This document shows positions 33,889 to 45,000 of a stretch of 64,000 nucleotides of DNA, one piece after another. A program made the translations under genes and the position numbers. The stretch comes from Hormiphora californensis (taxonomy: Eukaryota > Animalia > Ctenophora): contig CM035351.1 in the NCBI GenBank assembly GCA_020137815.1, positions 6,200,001 to 6,264,000 on the forward strand, read 5' to 3'. Within the stretch, counting starts at the first letter, position 1. Every line of letters starts with the position of its first letter. Below the pieces are notes generated by a model. That model had not been told where the DNA came from and did no database searches. It saw only the letters and a program-made list of their open reading frames with translations.

Positions 33889-35637
33889 TTACCCCTCGTC
33901 CTGTTTGAACACAGTGCTGACCATGTCAGGTCTGGGTGCCACAGGCGGTGCAATACTGGTCAACACACTCCTCCCATAGTCTGTATTCATTAGCCCCGCA
34001 TTTCTCAGAGCCTTTTCCACCTTCAACCTCATATCCTTCTGTATCACACCATCATCATACCCCACAATAGAAAACAGTGGGTTGTTAGGGGTGTAGTCGG
34101 GCTTCTTGACCTTGCTAACACTGGCCTCTGTATAGTTCAGCACTCTAAGTGGGTCGTAGGGCGCCTCTACTGCAACTGTAGCAGCCAACTTATCTAACCG
34201 CTCCTTCCTTTCCATCTCCTCCTGCTCTTTTCGAGCCTGCTCAGCAGCCTGCTCCTCCAGTTTCTGAGCTTGCAAATCAGCACGATAGTTCACCCTCTTC
34301 TTCCCTGCAACAAGGCGTTTCTTCTGAGTCCGTGCATCTTTCTCCCTGAGTTCTGCAAGTTTCTGCTCGTTTGCTTGAAGATGTTCCTCCCTAGCAGCTT
34401 GGAAGGCGGCTATCTTCTCCTTTTCCATCTGTCTCTGTTTCTCCCTTCTCCTCTCCATATCCTCCCTCTCCTTTCTCATCCTTTCATCCAGTACAGCAAG
34501 CTCCTCCTCCTCAGCTCTCAGCTTTATCAACCTCTCCTCCCTTGCCTTCAACAGCTCCTCAAACTTTTTAGCCGTCCTCTCTTTCTGCTGAAGAACCTCA
34601 GCAGTCTTAGCCTCAACCTCAGCCTTCATTCTCCACTGATCCCTGCAGTCTGTATCAGCCACTGCTACCAACTTCTGTAGAGCAGCACTATGCATCCTTT
34701 TAATGGTTCTCTTGTGCTCAGTGTAGAGGGCGTGTAACTGACACCACTCCTGGTGCTCCCTCAACTCATCTTCTGTCCTGTGGGAGAGTGATTTCCGGAG
34801 CATTTCTAGACTGAGAGTGCTTCGCTGGTGTTTATCTACTGGGTACATATGGGAAATGTGTTCGAAAAGGGCATGTTCCTCTCTGGGCCACCCTCCAAAT
34901 CGACCCTTGTGCAGGATGATGTCGTAGGATAACTTGAGTTCGTGGAGAGCATCGTTATACTGTTTATCTGTTGTCAGGTATTGCTCAATGTACTGATACA
35001 GACATTCCTCCCGGGGGAATCTCAGGCTGAAAAGTGTCTCTGTCGTGTTGTCTGACTGATATTCCCAGGATTTTAGAACCCCGTTAAACACCTCCAACTC
35101 ACTCTCCAGTTTCTGGGACTCAGCTAGAAGATTGTCCAGGATATTTCCCTGTTGCCCAGCAATACTCTCCAGGATAGGCCCTACATCATCTGTATTATCA
35201 TTTCTGTCCTCTCGCTTAAACCAAAACTCCATGTCTCCGATGAATTCCCATACTGGCTGCACCGTGGATGCTTCAAACACTTTGAATTCTGATTGCAACT
35301 CACTCACAAACTCGCATATTTCATTCTCACAGAGAAGTTTTGAAGGGTCCGCCTGCTCGGCAATAACAGCTGAAATTGTCCGGACTTGAGATTTGAGAGA
35401 AATATCTTCCTTCAGCCAGATAGATTTATGCTGGTTGTAAGTTGAAGTTGAGCCGTATTTTGATTTGATTTTGTTGAATTTTTTCAAGTTATGCCTGTCC
35501 AATTTTAACTTCAGCTTTTCCTCTTGCAGTTTCAATTTCATGTCACGGTAATTGACATTCTTGTAGGTTTTATTGGCATTGGCATTTGAACCAACTGCGA
35601 ACTTAGTGGTCAGGTCATCAATATCTCCCTTTCCCAT
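33889..35637 (-). CDS. CCDC148: Coiled-coil domain-containing protein 148-like (intronless)
   Basis: YKNVNY, QHKSIWLKE, GGWPREEH, RVNYR, VAVEAPYDPLR, PLFSIVGY...DMRLKVEKALRNAGL...YGR, PPVAPRPDM. Confidence 0.8.
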   Translation of the reverse strand: MGKGDIDDLTTKFAVGSNANANKTYKNVNYRDMKLKLQEEKLKLKLDRHNLKKFNKIKSKYGSTSTYNQHKSIWLKEDISLKSQVRTISAVIAEQADPSKLLCENEICEFVSELQSEFKVFEASTVQPVWEFIGDMEFWFKREDRNDNTDDVGPILESIAGQQGNILDNLLAESQKLESELEVFNGVLKSWEYQSDNTTETLFSLRFPREECLYQYIEQYLTTDKQYNDALHELKLSYDIILHKGRFGGWPREEHALFEHISHMYPVDKHQRSTLSLEMLRKSLSHRTEDELREHQEWCQLHALYTEHKRTIKRMHSAALQKLVAVADTDCRDQWRMKAEVEAKTAEVLQQKERTAKKFEELLKAREERLIKLRAEEEELAVLDERMRKEREDMERRREKQRQMEKEKIAAFQAAREEHLQANEQKLAELREKDARTQKKRLVAGKKRVNYRADLQAQKLEEQAAEQARKEQEEMERKERLDKLAATVAVEAPYDPLRVLNYTEASVSKVKKPDYTPNNPLFSIVGYDDGVIQKDMRLKVEKALRNAGLMNTDYGRSVLTSIAPPVAPRPDMVSTVFKQDEG

Positions 35638-36151
35638 CGCTAAAAACAGCTGTGTTATAACTTACAGCTGGAACTTGGAAATTGGAAGTCAGTTCGATTG
35701 GATAAGTCCTACAAATAGAGCAATCCTAGAAAAACCGTCTGTGAACAATAGACTACGATAAACCTGCAAGTTTAAGGATCAGAGGAACAGTACAGACTTT
35801 AAAAAAGACTGTACCAGACGACGGGAAACGGGCGGTGTACCCTCACGGAGTGCCCGAGAGCTTTCAAAAGTTCTAATCAATCCATTACTGTAATGAAGCA
35901 GGCATTTCTTATAGTTAAAGCATACACTTCTAGTATTTATGTAGTCAACGAGTTAAGAAGACTGAGGCCGCAATGAAAAACAAAATCACAAATCACAAAA
36001 AACGTTTAAAAAAAGCACGGTTTTCGCGAAAAGCAACAAAATTAAAGTCCGTTTCAAGCGACTTGACCCGTAATTCTTGGAATTTGGCGCATTGCGCGTG
36101 TATTTACAAATAAAAGGGGAAATCCTGAATTTCCAGGAATCTCAGGTCAAG

Positions 36152-36341
36152 AGGGATCCCTAAAAAAGTTCAGTATTTACACAGCGTTTACACAGTCTTT
36201 ACACAGTCCCCTGGTAAAAATGTCGTGCGACGAATCCTTGATTAGACGCACGAATCGTGTGACAAATCTAGCGACTATACGCACGATTTGACGGACGAAT
36301 CAAGGGATTAGGACCATTTTGAGTGCGTTTTGAGCCGCGCT
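36152..36341 (+). repeat. Left arm of a ~190-bp dispersed inverted repeat
   Basis: Near-identical to the reverse complement of 39533..39664 plus 39848..39903. Confidence 0.85.
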
Positions 36342-37329
36342 TAGAACTGCATCGCTTTTTAGTTTAAATGCGCGGCTTTTTCATGGATTTTACGAAAAAA
36401 AAGTTTTCAAAGAACTTGAGGATGATTTGCAGTTGCGGTGTTTGACATTCATAAGAAAGCAAAGCAAAGCAAATCAAATCAAAGCAAAAGTAAATGGTGA
36501 AAATATATTTGACAAATCTATAGCTCACGATCCTCTTACTATGAGTCTACCAATTAGCGGTTGCAGTCTCACCGAAATGTGAGAACAGGCGGGATCCTAC
36601 TAATTACAGTATGGTAGCTGTCTCATTGCCGATTGGTAATCAGAAACTCTTTGTTAATTGGCACTCATTCAGTCGTGGCCGTTTCGCTGAATTTCTCTGA
36701 AACTCTCTCTGAAAAACTCTTATCTCATGGTATCTAAGCTAGTTCAGTTAATATAGTTTATCTCCCTCCGGTTACAGCTGCTGGGTGAGCCGTGACCATG
36801 TGTTTCCCCAGGATGCTCCTATTATTTCGAAGTCGCTGGCTACTCTCGTGCTGCAGCACTACCTCTTAGGGAAAGGGTTACCGAGTGTGGAATTACACTT
36901 GGGAGCAGCGTCGTGGTCTTGTATACCAAGTTCCTGATGTTGCAGGGGAGTTCGCCTTGGTTGAGGGTGCAGTTGCAGATGGGTCGTTGTCCGTTGAGCA
37001 ATTCTCCGGACTAGTGCTGTTCTGACCACAATTTCCACTGTTCTCCTTGTCATGACTCATGTAGGGATGCCGGATTTTGCTGTTGTTGCCAGTATCATTC
37101 TTGTTAGAGCCTCATTTATAGAGTTGGTTACGAAGTCACCCCTTTTATTTCATACAGTGAGCAATTATAATAAGAGAGGGGTAATTTCATTACCAATTTA
37201 TAGGGGGTCTGGGTGGGTTACTATATGAATACTTATAAGTAGGTGGATTGGGGGAACGGGAGAGAGATTGGGTAAGGGGAGAGGGAAGGGGTGTGATGGT
37301 GTTTTTGCGGGGGGTGTGTGTGAGGGGTG

Positions 37330-37745
37330 AGTACATTGTGCCGTGTGGGGATGTGCCTCGCTACTTCTCTTGTGATGGTGATGGTGACATGTTCCAAGGG
37401 GTAACCAGAGTTGGTCAGGTTGCGATGGAGTGTTTCCAGGTGGGACCAGGCGAAATCCTTGCTGGAGCACAGTCTTAGGATCCGTCTGGTTTCGTTGTGA
37501 CTGTGTCGAGACTCGAGTTTAGTCTTTGTTTCACAGTGTGAGTTGTATGGGAGGTACATTCCCCAATGGGTCTCCTTTTGGTACAGCTGGTGGCTGGTGC
37601 TGTATATTCGCTTTACCTGTTTTGGCTACCAGGATGTAGAAGAACCCAGCGCGTGGTGACTCGGCTACGATCCATAGTGTACCTGAGCTCTCCTTTCCAT
37701 TATACATTGTTTAGATGTGATAGGAAAGTATGGGCATCCTCAATT
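37330..37745 (-). mobile_element. Degenerate Penelope-like retroelement RT fragment
   Basis: FLSHLNN..., LYQKETHWGMYLPYNSHC...TRRILRLCSSKDFA...L..NL..SGYP, matching the PLE RT C-terminus/thumb; stops and frameshifts present. Confidence 0.7.
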
Positions 37746-37834
37746 GATTTCCAGAGGGCAGAGGGAATTTGAGTCTAGTCGTTCATGTATGTACCCATGT
37801 ATAGAGTGGTATCTCTCTCTATTATATCTCTCTA

Positions 37835-38432
<598 letters not shown>

Positions 38433-38469
38433 AACCTATAGTAATGCACCGACACACGCAATCGTGATA

Positions 38470-38703
38470 GGACACTTCAGTCTAACACCGCTAATGAGCC
38501 GGGAGCCCAACCCAATCCCGACATGGTATCTCGTGTCGTCTAATACCTCTAACGAGCCCTCCCAATCTGTACCTCGTATCGTCAAATACCGCTACAAATG
38601 ATCACTCCCCAATCCGGACCTCGTATCTCGTATCATCTAATACCTCTAAATGAGCCCTCCAAATCCGTAGACCGTACCTCGTATCGGCTAATACCTCTAA
38701 TTC
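38470..38703. repeat. Degenerate ~45-50-bp minisatellite
   Basis: Four to five units resembling cccaatccggacctcgtatcgtctaatacctctaaatgagccct. Confidence 0.7.
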
Positions 38704-39065
38704 ATACCCCGCTGCCAATACAATATTGATGGGCAGTGGGTCAGAAAGCTATAATCGGCGAGAAGAAGGAGTAGCTTTATCAGAACTAGAGACCATGACT
38801 CAGAACTTCAGGAAGCCACTACTAACTCTGGCCTGGATTTTGGAACATCAAATTTGGACTAAAATGGTCTCTTGAAAACCCTTGAAATTGGCCAATTCTT
38901 ATTCATCTTTTCCCAATATTTACAGACAATTTTCTCATCAATTATTAATTAATAGCCCGAAATAAACACCGAAACTGGGTACATAAACCGTGGATGATCC
39001 AATAGCTTATATAATGAACAAATTTATTGATTATTATCTTTGGCGGCTAAAATGAACTTGCTTTT

Positions 39066-39323
39066 TATAAAAAGGTCGGAACGATTCCGTGGTGCTGATC
39101 TCCTATTACGATCAATGGCGTTCAGCGACGGTCCATGCAGTTAGCTCGGGCACCACCCCAAGCAGGCAACCTTATTGGTTAGATATGCACCGTCTTTGCG
39201 AAACTCTTGAAAGAGCCTCTACCAATCATAGCTTGGCGGTCTAGGTGGCATTGGGCTAGTCCAAGCACGAACCTGTGACCTAGCGTGTGGAAGGCGAGTG
39301 CACTGGCCACTACACCACCCTGC
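39066..39323 (-). mobile_element. tRNA-derived SINE (tRNA-Gly-like head)
   Basis: A box TGGTGTAGTGG, TTCCA anticodon-like loop, B-box-like GGTTCG; cloverleaf incomplete; ~190-nt body ending in TTTTT. Confidence 0.6.
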
Positions 39324-39532
39324 GTTTACTCACCCGCTAGGGTTTACAAAACCTGATCAGGTCACATTACTAAATAGTAATTGCATACTATGGTATGCTG
39401 CAGGTAGTTGTATCTGCACAAACCTTGTTAGTTGTTTGGTATTACTATACTGGTAGTACCGGTCCGGTACGTAAGGCGCCATGACATGAAATCACTCAAA
39501 CTCAATTTCAGATTTTAATTCAGCACCATTGT

Positions 39533-39903
39533 AGCGCGGCTCAAAACGCACTCAAAATGGTCCTAATCCCTTGATTCGTCCGTCAAATCGTGCGTATAGT
39601 CGCTAGATTTGTCACACGATTCGTGCGTCTAATCAAGGATTCGTCGCACGACATTTTACCAGGGTCGTTACACCCAGAGCGGCGCGTGCTGCGTTTTGCG
39701 GCTTTTTCTAAGAAAATATTGGATTGTGTGCTGCACAATTGAGGAAATTGAGCGCTGCGGCGAAAAAAGTTTCCGAAAACGCTGCAAATCGAGTGCGAAA
39801 GACGCAGTCTTTACACCCAGAGCGGCGCGGGCGCTCTGGGTGTAACGACTGTGTAAAGACTGTGTAAACGCTGTGTAAATACTGAACTTTTTTAGGGATC
39901 CCT
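39533..39903 (-). repeat. Right arm of the dispersed inverted repeat, interrupted by a ~180-bp MITE
   Basis: Insert at ~39666..39847 has TIRs gttacacccagagcg...cgctctgggtgtaac and is absent from the left arm. Confidence 0.8.
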
Positions 39904-39928
39904 AGTCGTTTGAAGAAAAGCTTAAAAT

Positions 39929-40150
39929 TAGTGGAAGCTCTTACGGTATTTCCCACGCCCCGTGGGAAAGTTTTTGACCGTGGGAAAGTTTTCAAACCGT
40001 GGGAAAAGAGAGATACATACAATAACATGAAAAAAATAATTATTTTTTTAATGTTATTGTATGTATCTCTCTTTTCCCACGGTTTGAAAACTTTCCCACG
40101 GTCAAAAACTTTCCCACGAGGCGTGGGAAATACCGTAAGAGCTTCCACTA
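39929..40150. mobile_element. 222-bp palindromic MITE
   Basis: TAGTGGAAGCTCTTACGG...CCGTAAGAGCTTCCACTA, near-perfect foldback; flanks aat/aat (or AAATT if the termini are AGT). Confidence 0.8.
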
Positions 40151-40865
40151 AATTCGATTCCCAAATAAAATTTTGGTCGCCGAAATATTTCGCTGCAATG
40201 TTTGTAGCGCGCGAAAAATTTCGCAATAAAGAGCCGCGCAATATTTTCAGGTTAAAATCCACTCGAAAATTTCTTCTTTGTTTTTATTTTTTTTCTCTTT
40301 TCCATTTTTTGAAAAGCGCTGCCTTATCCCGCGCTGGGGGCCAGCGGCGTTTGCCGATTCCATTTTCAAAACGGTGCTGGTTGCAACTTGCAACTTGCAC
40401 TTCAGCCCCATCGCGCACATCCCCGCATAAAGGTCTCTTTAGGGGGGGGGGGGCATACAGCGTATGCCAAGGTCATTGAGGGTCCCTAACCCCATCTGGA
40501 GCAGGGGCTAAAGAAATTTCGGTCGCCGATGAAAGCCGCACACGGCGCACCGCCTTGACCTGGAGGGTCCCAAACCCCTATCCGTCCTGGGCGTGAGTTT
40601 GCATGCTTCCTTGGGGCCATCGGTCATAGGGTCCTCTATCTCAAACTAAAAGCAAGCAAGTCTTCCTCGTTTTTGCCGAAATAAAGTTATTCTATTTTTC
40701 GGGACGGGTAGGGTACGTGGCTGGTCACTGCTCCTAGGTCCGACTGAGAATCAATTACCAATACCCTTTTATTCTCTAGTTCATTGATATACGTTTAATC
40801 TGACCCTCAATCACCTGCTCTTGCCGCATTAACGTCCCATTTTAACAGAAAATTCTCCTAGCACC

Positions 40866-41831
40866 ATGCCTCAACTGTCGTGCCGGTTCTACGAGAAGAA
40901 GCTCCCTGATGTCGACCAGGTGGTTATGGTGACTGTCAGCGAGATCACCGATCTCGGAGCTTATGTCAAACTTCTCGAGTACGATGGCGCCAAAGGTCTC
41001 ATCCTCATGACAGAGATGTCCCGGAAGCGAATCCGATCCATTAACAAGCTGGTCCGTGTAGGGAGGAACGAGTGTGTGCTGGTAACACGAGTGGACCAGG
41101 AGAAAGGATATCTGGATCTCTCAAAAAGGAGGGTTGTACATGAGGATATCAAGCAGACGGAGGAGAAATACTCCCGGTGCAAGACCGTCAACCAGATTCT
41201 CCGGCATGTGGGAGAGTTGTTAGACTACGAGGACAATAAACAACTCGAGGATCTTTACAAGAGGACGGCTTGGTTCTTTGATAAGAAGTATGCTACCAGC
41301 GGTGGGAGTTATGAGAGGTTCAAGGAGGCCGCTCAGAAGCCCGAGGTTCTAGATGAGCTAGATATGGATCCCCACACAAAGGAATATCTGCTGAAGGAGA
41401 TCAAGAGGAAACTCACTCCGCAAGCAGTCAAGGTTCGAGCTGATGTCGAGGTGTGTTGCTATGCCTACGAGGGTATTGATGCTGTCAAGAACGCCCTCCG
41501 AGCAGGTTTAGTTTTCTCCTCTGAGGAGGTCCCTCTGAAGATCAACCTCATTGCCCCTCCCCTCTATGTGATATCGGTTACTCTACTGAACGAGGAGAAA
41601 GGAGTGGAGGTTGTCAAGAAATCAATGGCAGCCATCAAGGAATCAATCGAGGCTGCAGAGGGTAATTTTGAGGTGAAATTAGAGCCCAAGGTTGTCTCAG
41701 AAACAGATGACAAGAAGCTGCAGGATGAGATGGAGCAGCGAGAGAGGGCTATGCAGGAGGTGGATGGAGATGATGATGAAGATGAAGATAGCGAAGAAGA
41801 TGACGAAGATGAAGATGGAGAGGAAGACTAA
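40866..41831 (+). CDS. EIF2S1: Eukaryotic translation initiation factor 2 alpha (intronless)
   Basis: CRFYE, GAYVKLLEY, SRKRIRSINKL, DQEKGYLDLSKRRV, LTPQAVKVRADVEV, INLIAPPLYV, acidic tail. Confidence 0.95.
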   Translation: MPQLSCRFYEKKLPDVDQVVMVTVSEITDLGAYVKLLEYDGAKGLILMTEMSRKRIRSINKLVRVGRNECVLVTRVDQEKGYLDLSKRRVVHEDIKQTEEKYSRCKTVNQILRHVGELLDYEDNKQLEDLYKRTAWFFDKKYATSGGSYERFKEAAQKPEVLDELDMDPHTKEYLLKEIKRKLTPQAVKVRADVEVCCYAYEGIDAVKNALRAGLVFSSEEVPLKINLIAPPLYVISVTLLNEEKGVEVVKKSMAAIKESIEAAEGNFEVKLEPKVVSETDDKKLQDEMEQRERAMQEVDGDDDEDEDSEEDDEDEDGEED

Positions 41832-42005
41832 TCTTGGGAGTGCTATTATTTTCTGTGTTTTAAATGATCTTTTACAAATGAGATCTTGTGTCTTATGACA
41901 GTTGACAATTCTCTCTTTTCTTGACAATCACCGATCATTGCTTCACTGCTTCATTCCCCCCACTAAAATCCACACAGCTCTCCTTCTTTCTATAATAGTG
42001 GGGCA

Positions 42006-45000
42006 ATGAGGAGTAGGTTGTTCCTCGTAGGGTCAGGTGTAGCCACAGTGGCTCTAGTGGCTATTCCCCTCGCCCTGCTTTGGTATGGGAGGAGAACACG
42101 GAAGAAGGATAGAATGGACGAGAAACAGGTCGTGAAGAAGAAGAAGGAGCCAGTAATGAAAACATTCGTTATTGACAAAGATGATGTTAGGTGAGATGTC
42201 TCATCATTATACTTTGATGTTTCTTGTTCTCTACCTTCATATTTGATGTCTCCTCGTAAGACATCATGAAACATATTTTAGTTTCATGGACCAAAAACCG
42301 CTATTGTTTTGTATTTATTTGGTGTTTATTTCCTCGTCAGGTTCGTGATAGGAAAGAAGGGGAACGTGATTAGGGACATTGAAAGTAGGAATAGTGTCCG
42401 GGTTACATTCCCTGACGATACTCACGAGACAGAGCAAGTAGTGTGCGTGAAGGGAGCCTGTAATGATGACGTTATTGATGCTATAGTAAGTTGGTTACCG
42501 TGGTTACCCATCTTTTAGTTACCTAGCTAGTGAAGCAGTCAGTGACCATGGTTACATTTGCCTGGCTAGACTGTGTTTCGGGAGGGTTAGAACATAACAA
42601 GGTTACATCGCATTGGTTGTAACTAAATACTTGCTTCACCATATTTTAGGACGACATCAAGAATCAGCTACAGCTAAAACCTGTAATTCTGATGGAGAAA
42701 ATAGTGCTGAGATCGGAGTTTTGTGGTAAAATAATTGGCAAGGGAGGGGATAACTTGAGGGGGATTCAAGACAAATCCCGGTCTAGAATTAGGATATCTC
42801 GGGAACCGCACAATGAGGACCCTCTCTTCAGACTCTGTACTATCGAGGGTGTGTGTTTTTGTGATTAATAGGTCGTGATTACAACTGTACCATCAGTCAT
42901 CTAACCCTAATACGTATACTAAACAGGAACGAAAGAAGAAATAGACCACGCTAAAATGTTGTTGGATGCAGAGATTATGGAAGAGCTAGAGATGCAGCAG
43001 AGACGGCAACAACGAGAGGTAGTGTTTGGAATGTTATCATTTAAGTTATCATTTGTTTCCCAAAACTTTATAGTTTACTGCCAGGCGTAAGCCAAATTGG
43101 GACCACTTATTTCAAACTTTCAACTTCTCTTCTTTCCAGGAAGTAGAGAGCCTGCAAAAAAATCAGTAACATCGTTTGAATCATACGACCTTGCTGAATC
43201 TCTAGATCTACCCACCACAGAGGAACCCGGCCCCTCAGGGCAGAAAGAGGAGGAACCCGGCCCCTCGGGCACTAATCAAGAGGGGGAGCCCGGGCCCTCG
43301 ACTGGTAACCAAGAGGAACCCGGCCCCTCGAATCTAAATCAAGACAATATAAGTGTAGAAGAGTCTGCAGTGTCCTTTACAATACCATCCAATATGTCAT
43401 CTTCCCTCCATTCTGATGGGTTTAGTTACGATAGTTCTCATGACATGATGGTTCAGGATTTAGAGGTGTCTCCACCACCTACCACAATAGACGAGGATAT
43501 GAAAAGGGTAATGAAGGGTGATAGTTTATAAACTTGTACTAGGGCACGGCGTGCCTGGTGAAATTTTAACACGACCTAGCATGCGACGGGAAACCACCAC
43601 TTGTACGTGGTAGCTGAGGGTCTACAGAATGGCGCTACGGTGCGGGAAAAAACATTCCATTCCCTAAAATCTTTTTTTTTTACTTTTGTTTGATTTGGGT
43701 CAAAATTGGCTATATTAAACGTGGTCCCGAAAAATCCATAATGACTTAGCACACGAAATATGTCACCCCCACCTATTTTTGCACGTAAAATCGATTGCCG
43801 TTGAAGTCGAATCTCTAAAATGACTGTAAAATGGTCAAAAGTTGATTTTTTACCATTTTTGGAGGTTTTTGGCCCCTAAACTATTGAAAACGTTGAGATA
43901 GGAATTTGAAACTAGTGCCAATCGTTAAAATGGTCATTTTTCTACCAAGAACCAAGTTTTCGTGTATATCCGATTTATGGTTAGATTTGGGCAAGTTGTT
44001 GAAATCTGCCAACTAGGAGAACCGTAACTTGATTTTCTTGTTTTTTGGATTTTGGCATTTTCGACAAACTTCTGATTGAAATGGTCAATCGGGACCATGC
44101 TTAAGTTGTTTATGGGACAATTTTCGACTAAAATCCAAGATTTCATACCAATCCAATAACAGATCGTTGATTTATAGAAAATTTAAGTAGGCAAAACGGT
44201 GAAAATAAGCAAGAAAAGTTGTCATTTTGACCGTTTTGCCTACTTAAATTTTCTATAAACCAACGATCTGTTATTGGATTGGTATGAAATCTTGGATTTT
44301 AGTCGAAAATTGTCCCATAAACAACTTAAGCATGGTCCCGATTGACCATTTCAATCAGACGTTTGTCGAAAATGCCAAAATCCAAAAAACAAGAAAATCA
44401 AGTTACGGTTCTCCTAGTTGGCAGATTTCAACAATTTGCCCAAATCTAACCATAAATCGGATATACACGAAAACTTGGTTCTTGGTAGAAAAATGACCAT
44501 TTTAACGATTGGCACTAGTTTCAAATTCCTATCTCAACGTTTTTAATAGTTTAGGGGCCAAAAACCTCCAAAAATGGTAAAAAATCAACTTTTGACCGTT
44601 TTACAGTCATTTTAGAGATTCGACTTCAACGGCAATCGATTCTACGTGCAAAAATAGGTGGGGGTGACATATTTCGTGTGCTAAGTCATTATGGATTTTT
44701 CGGGACCACGTTTAATATAGCCAATTTTGACCCAAATCAAATAAAAGTAAAAAAAAAGATTTTAGGGAATGGAATGTTTTTTCCCGCACCGTAGCGCCAT
44801 TATGTAGACCCTCAGCTACCACGTACAAGTGGTGGTTTCCCGTCGCATGCTAGGTCGTGTTAAAATTTCACCAGGCACGCCGTGAGGGGTCATTGTTACA
44901 ACTCTATGTAGAGACTAAAGCTGATTTATTGATTTGTCTCAGGTTGAATTGAGGATCATACCAGAACCCTCTCCTGCGCTAGACTCATACTCTCTCCCCC

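Noticed and set aside
36660-36695. Possible hammerhead ribozyme near the Penelope fragment (GAAAC...CTGAATGA on the - strand)
   Set aside because: The core is not CUGAnGA and no NUH cleavage site or stem III can be formed.
38470-38703. CRISPR-like appearance of spaced repeats (also 58188..58270)
   Set aside because: Eukaryotic context, degenerate repeats, no unique fixed-length spacers and no cas genes.
39250-39323. Functional tRNA-Gly(TCC)
   Set aside because: Anticodon, T and acceptor stems do not pair properly; treated as a SINE head.
43110-43124. TTTCAAACTTTCAAC, similar to the 5' part of the SL
   Set aside because: Short, lies in an ordinary polypyrimidine tract and lacks the SL 3' half.
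43934-44496. Twin 70-aa ORFs on opposite strands (also the 184/189-aa pair near 39708..40479)
   Set aside because: Mirror products of palindromic elements; no domain signal.
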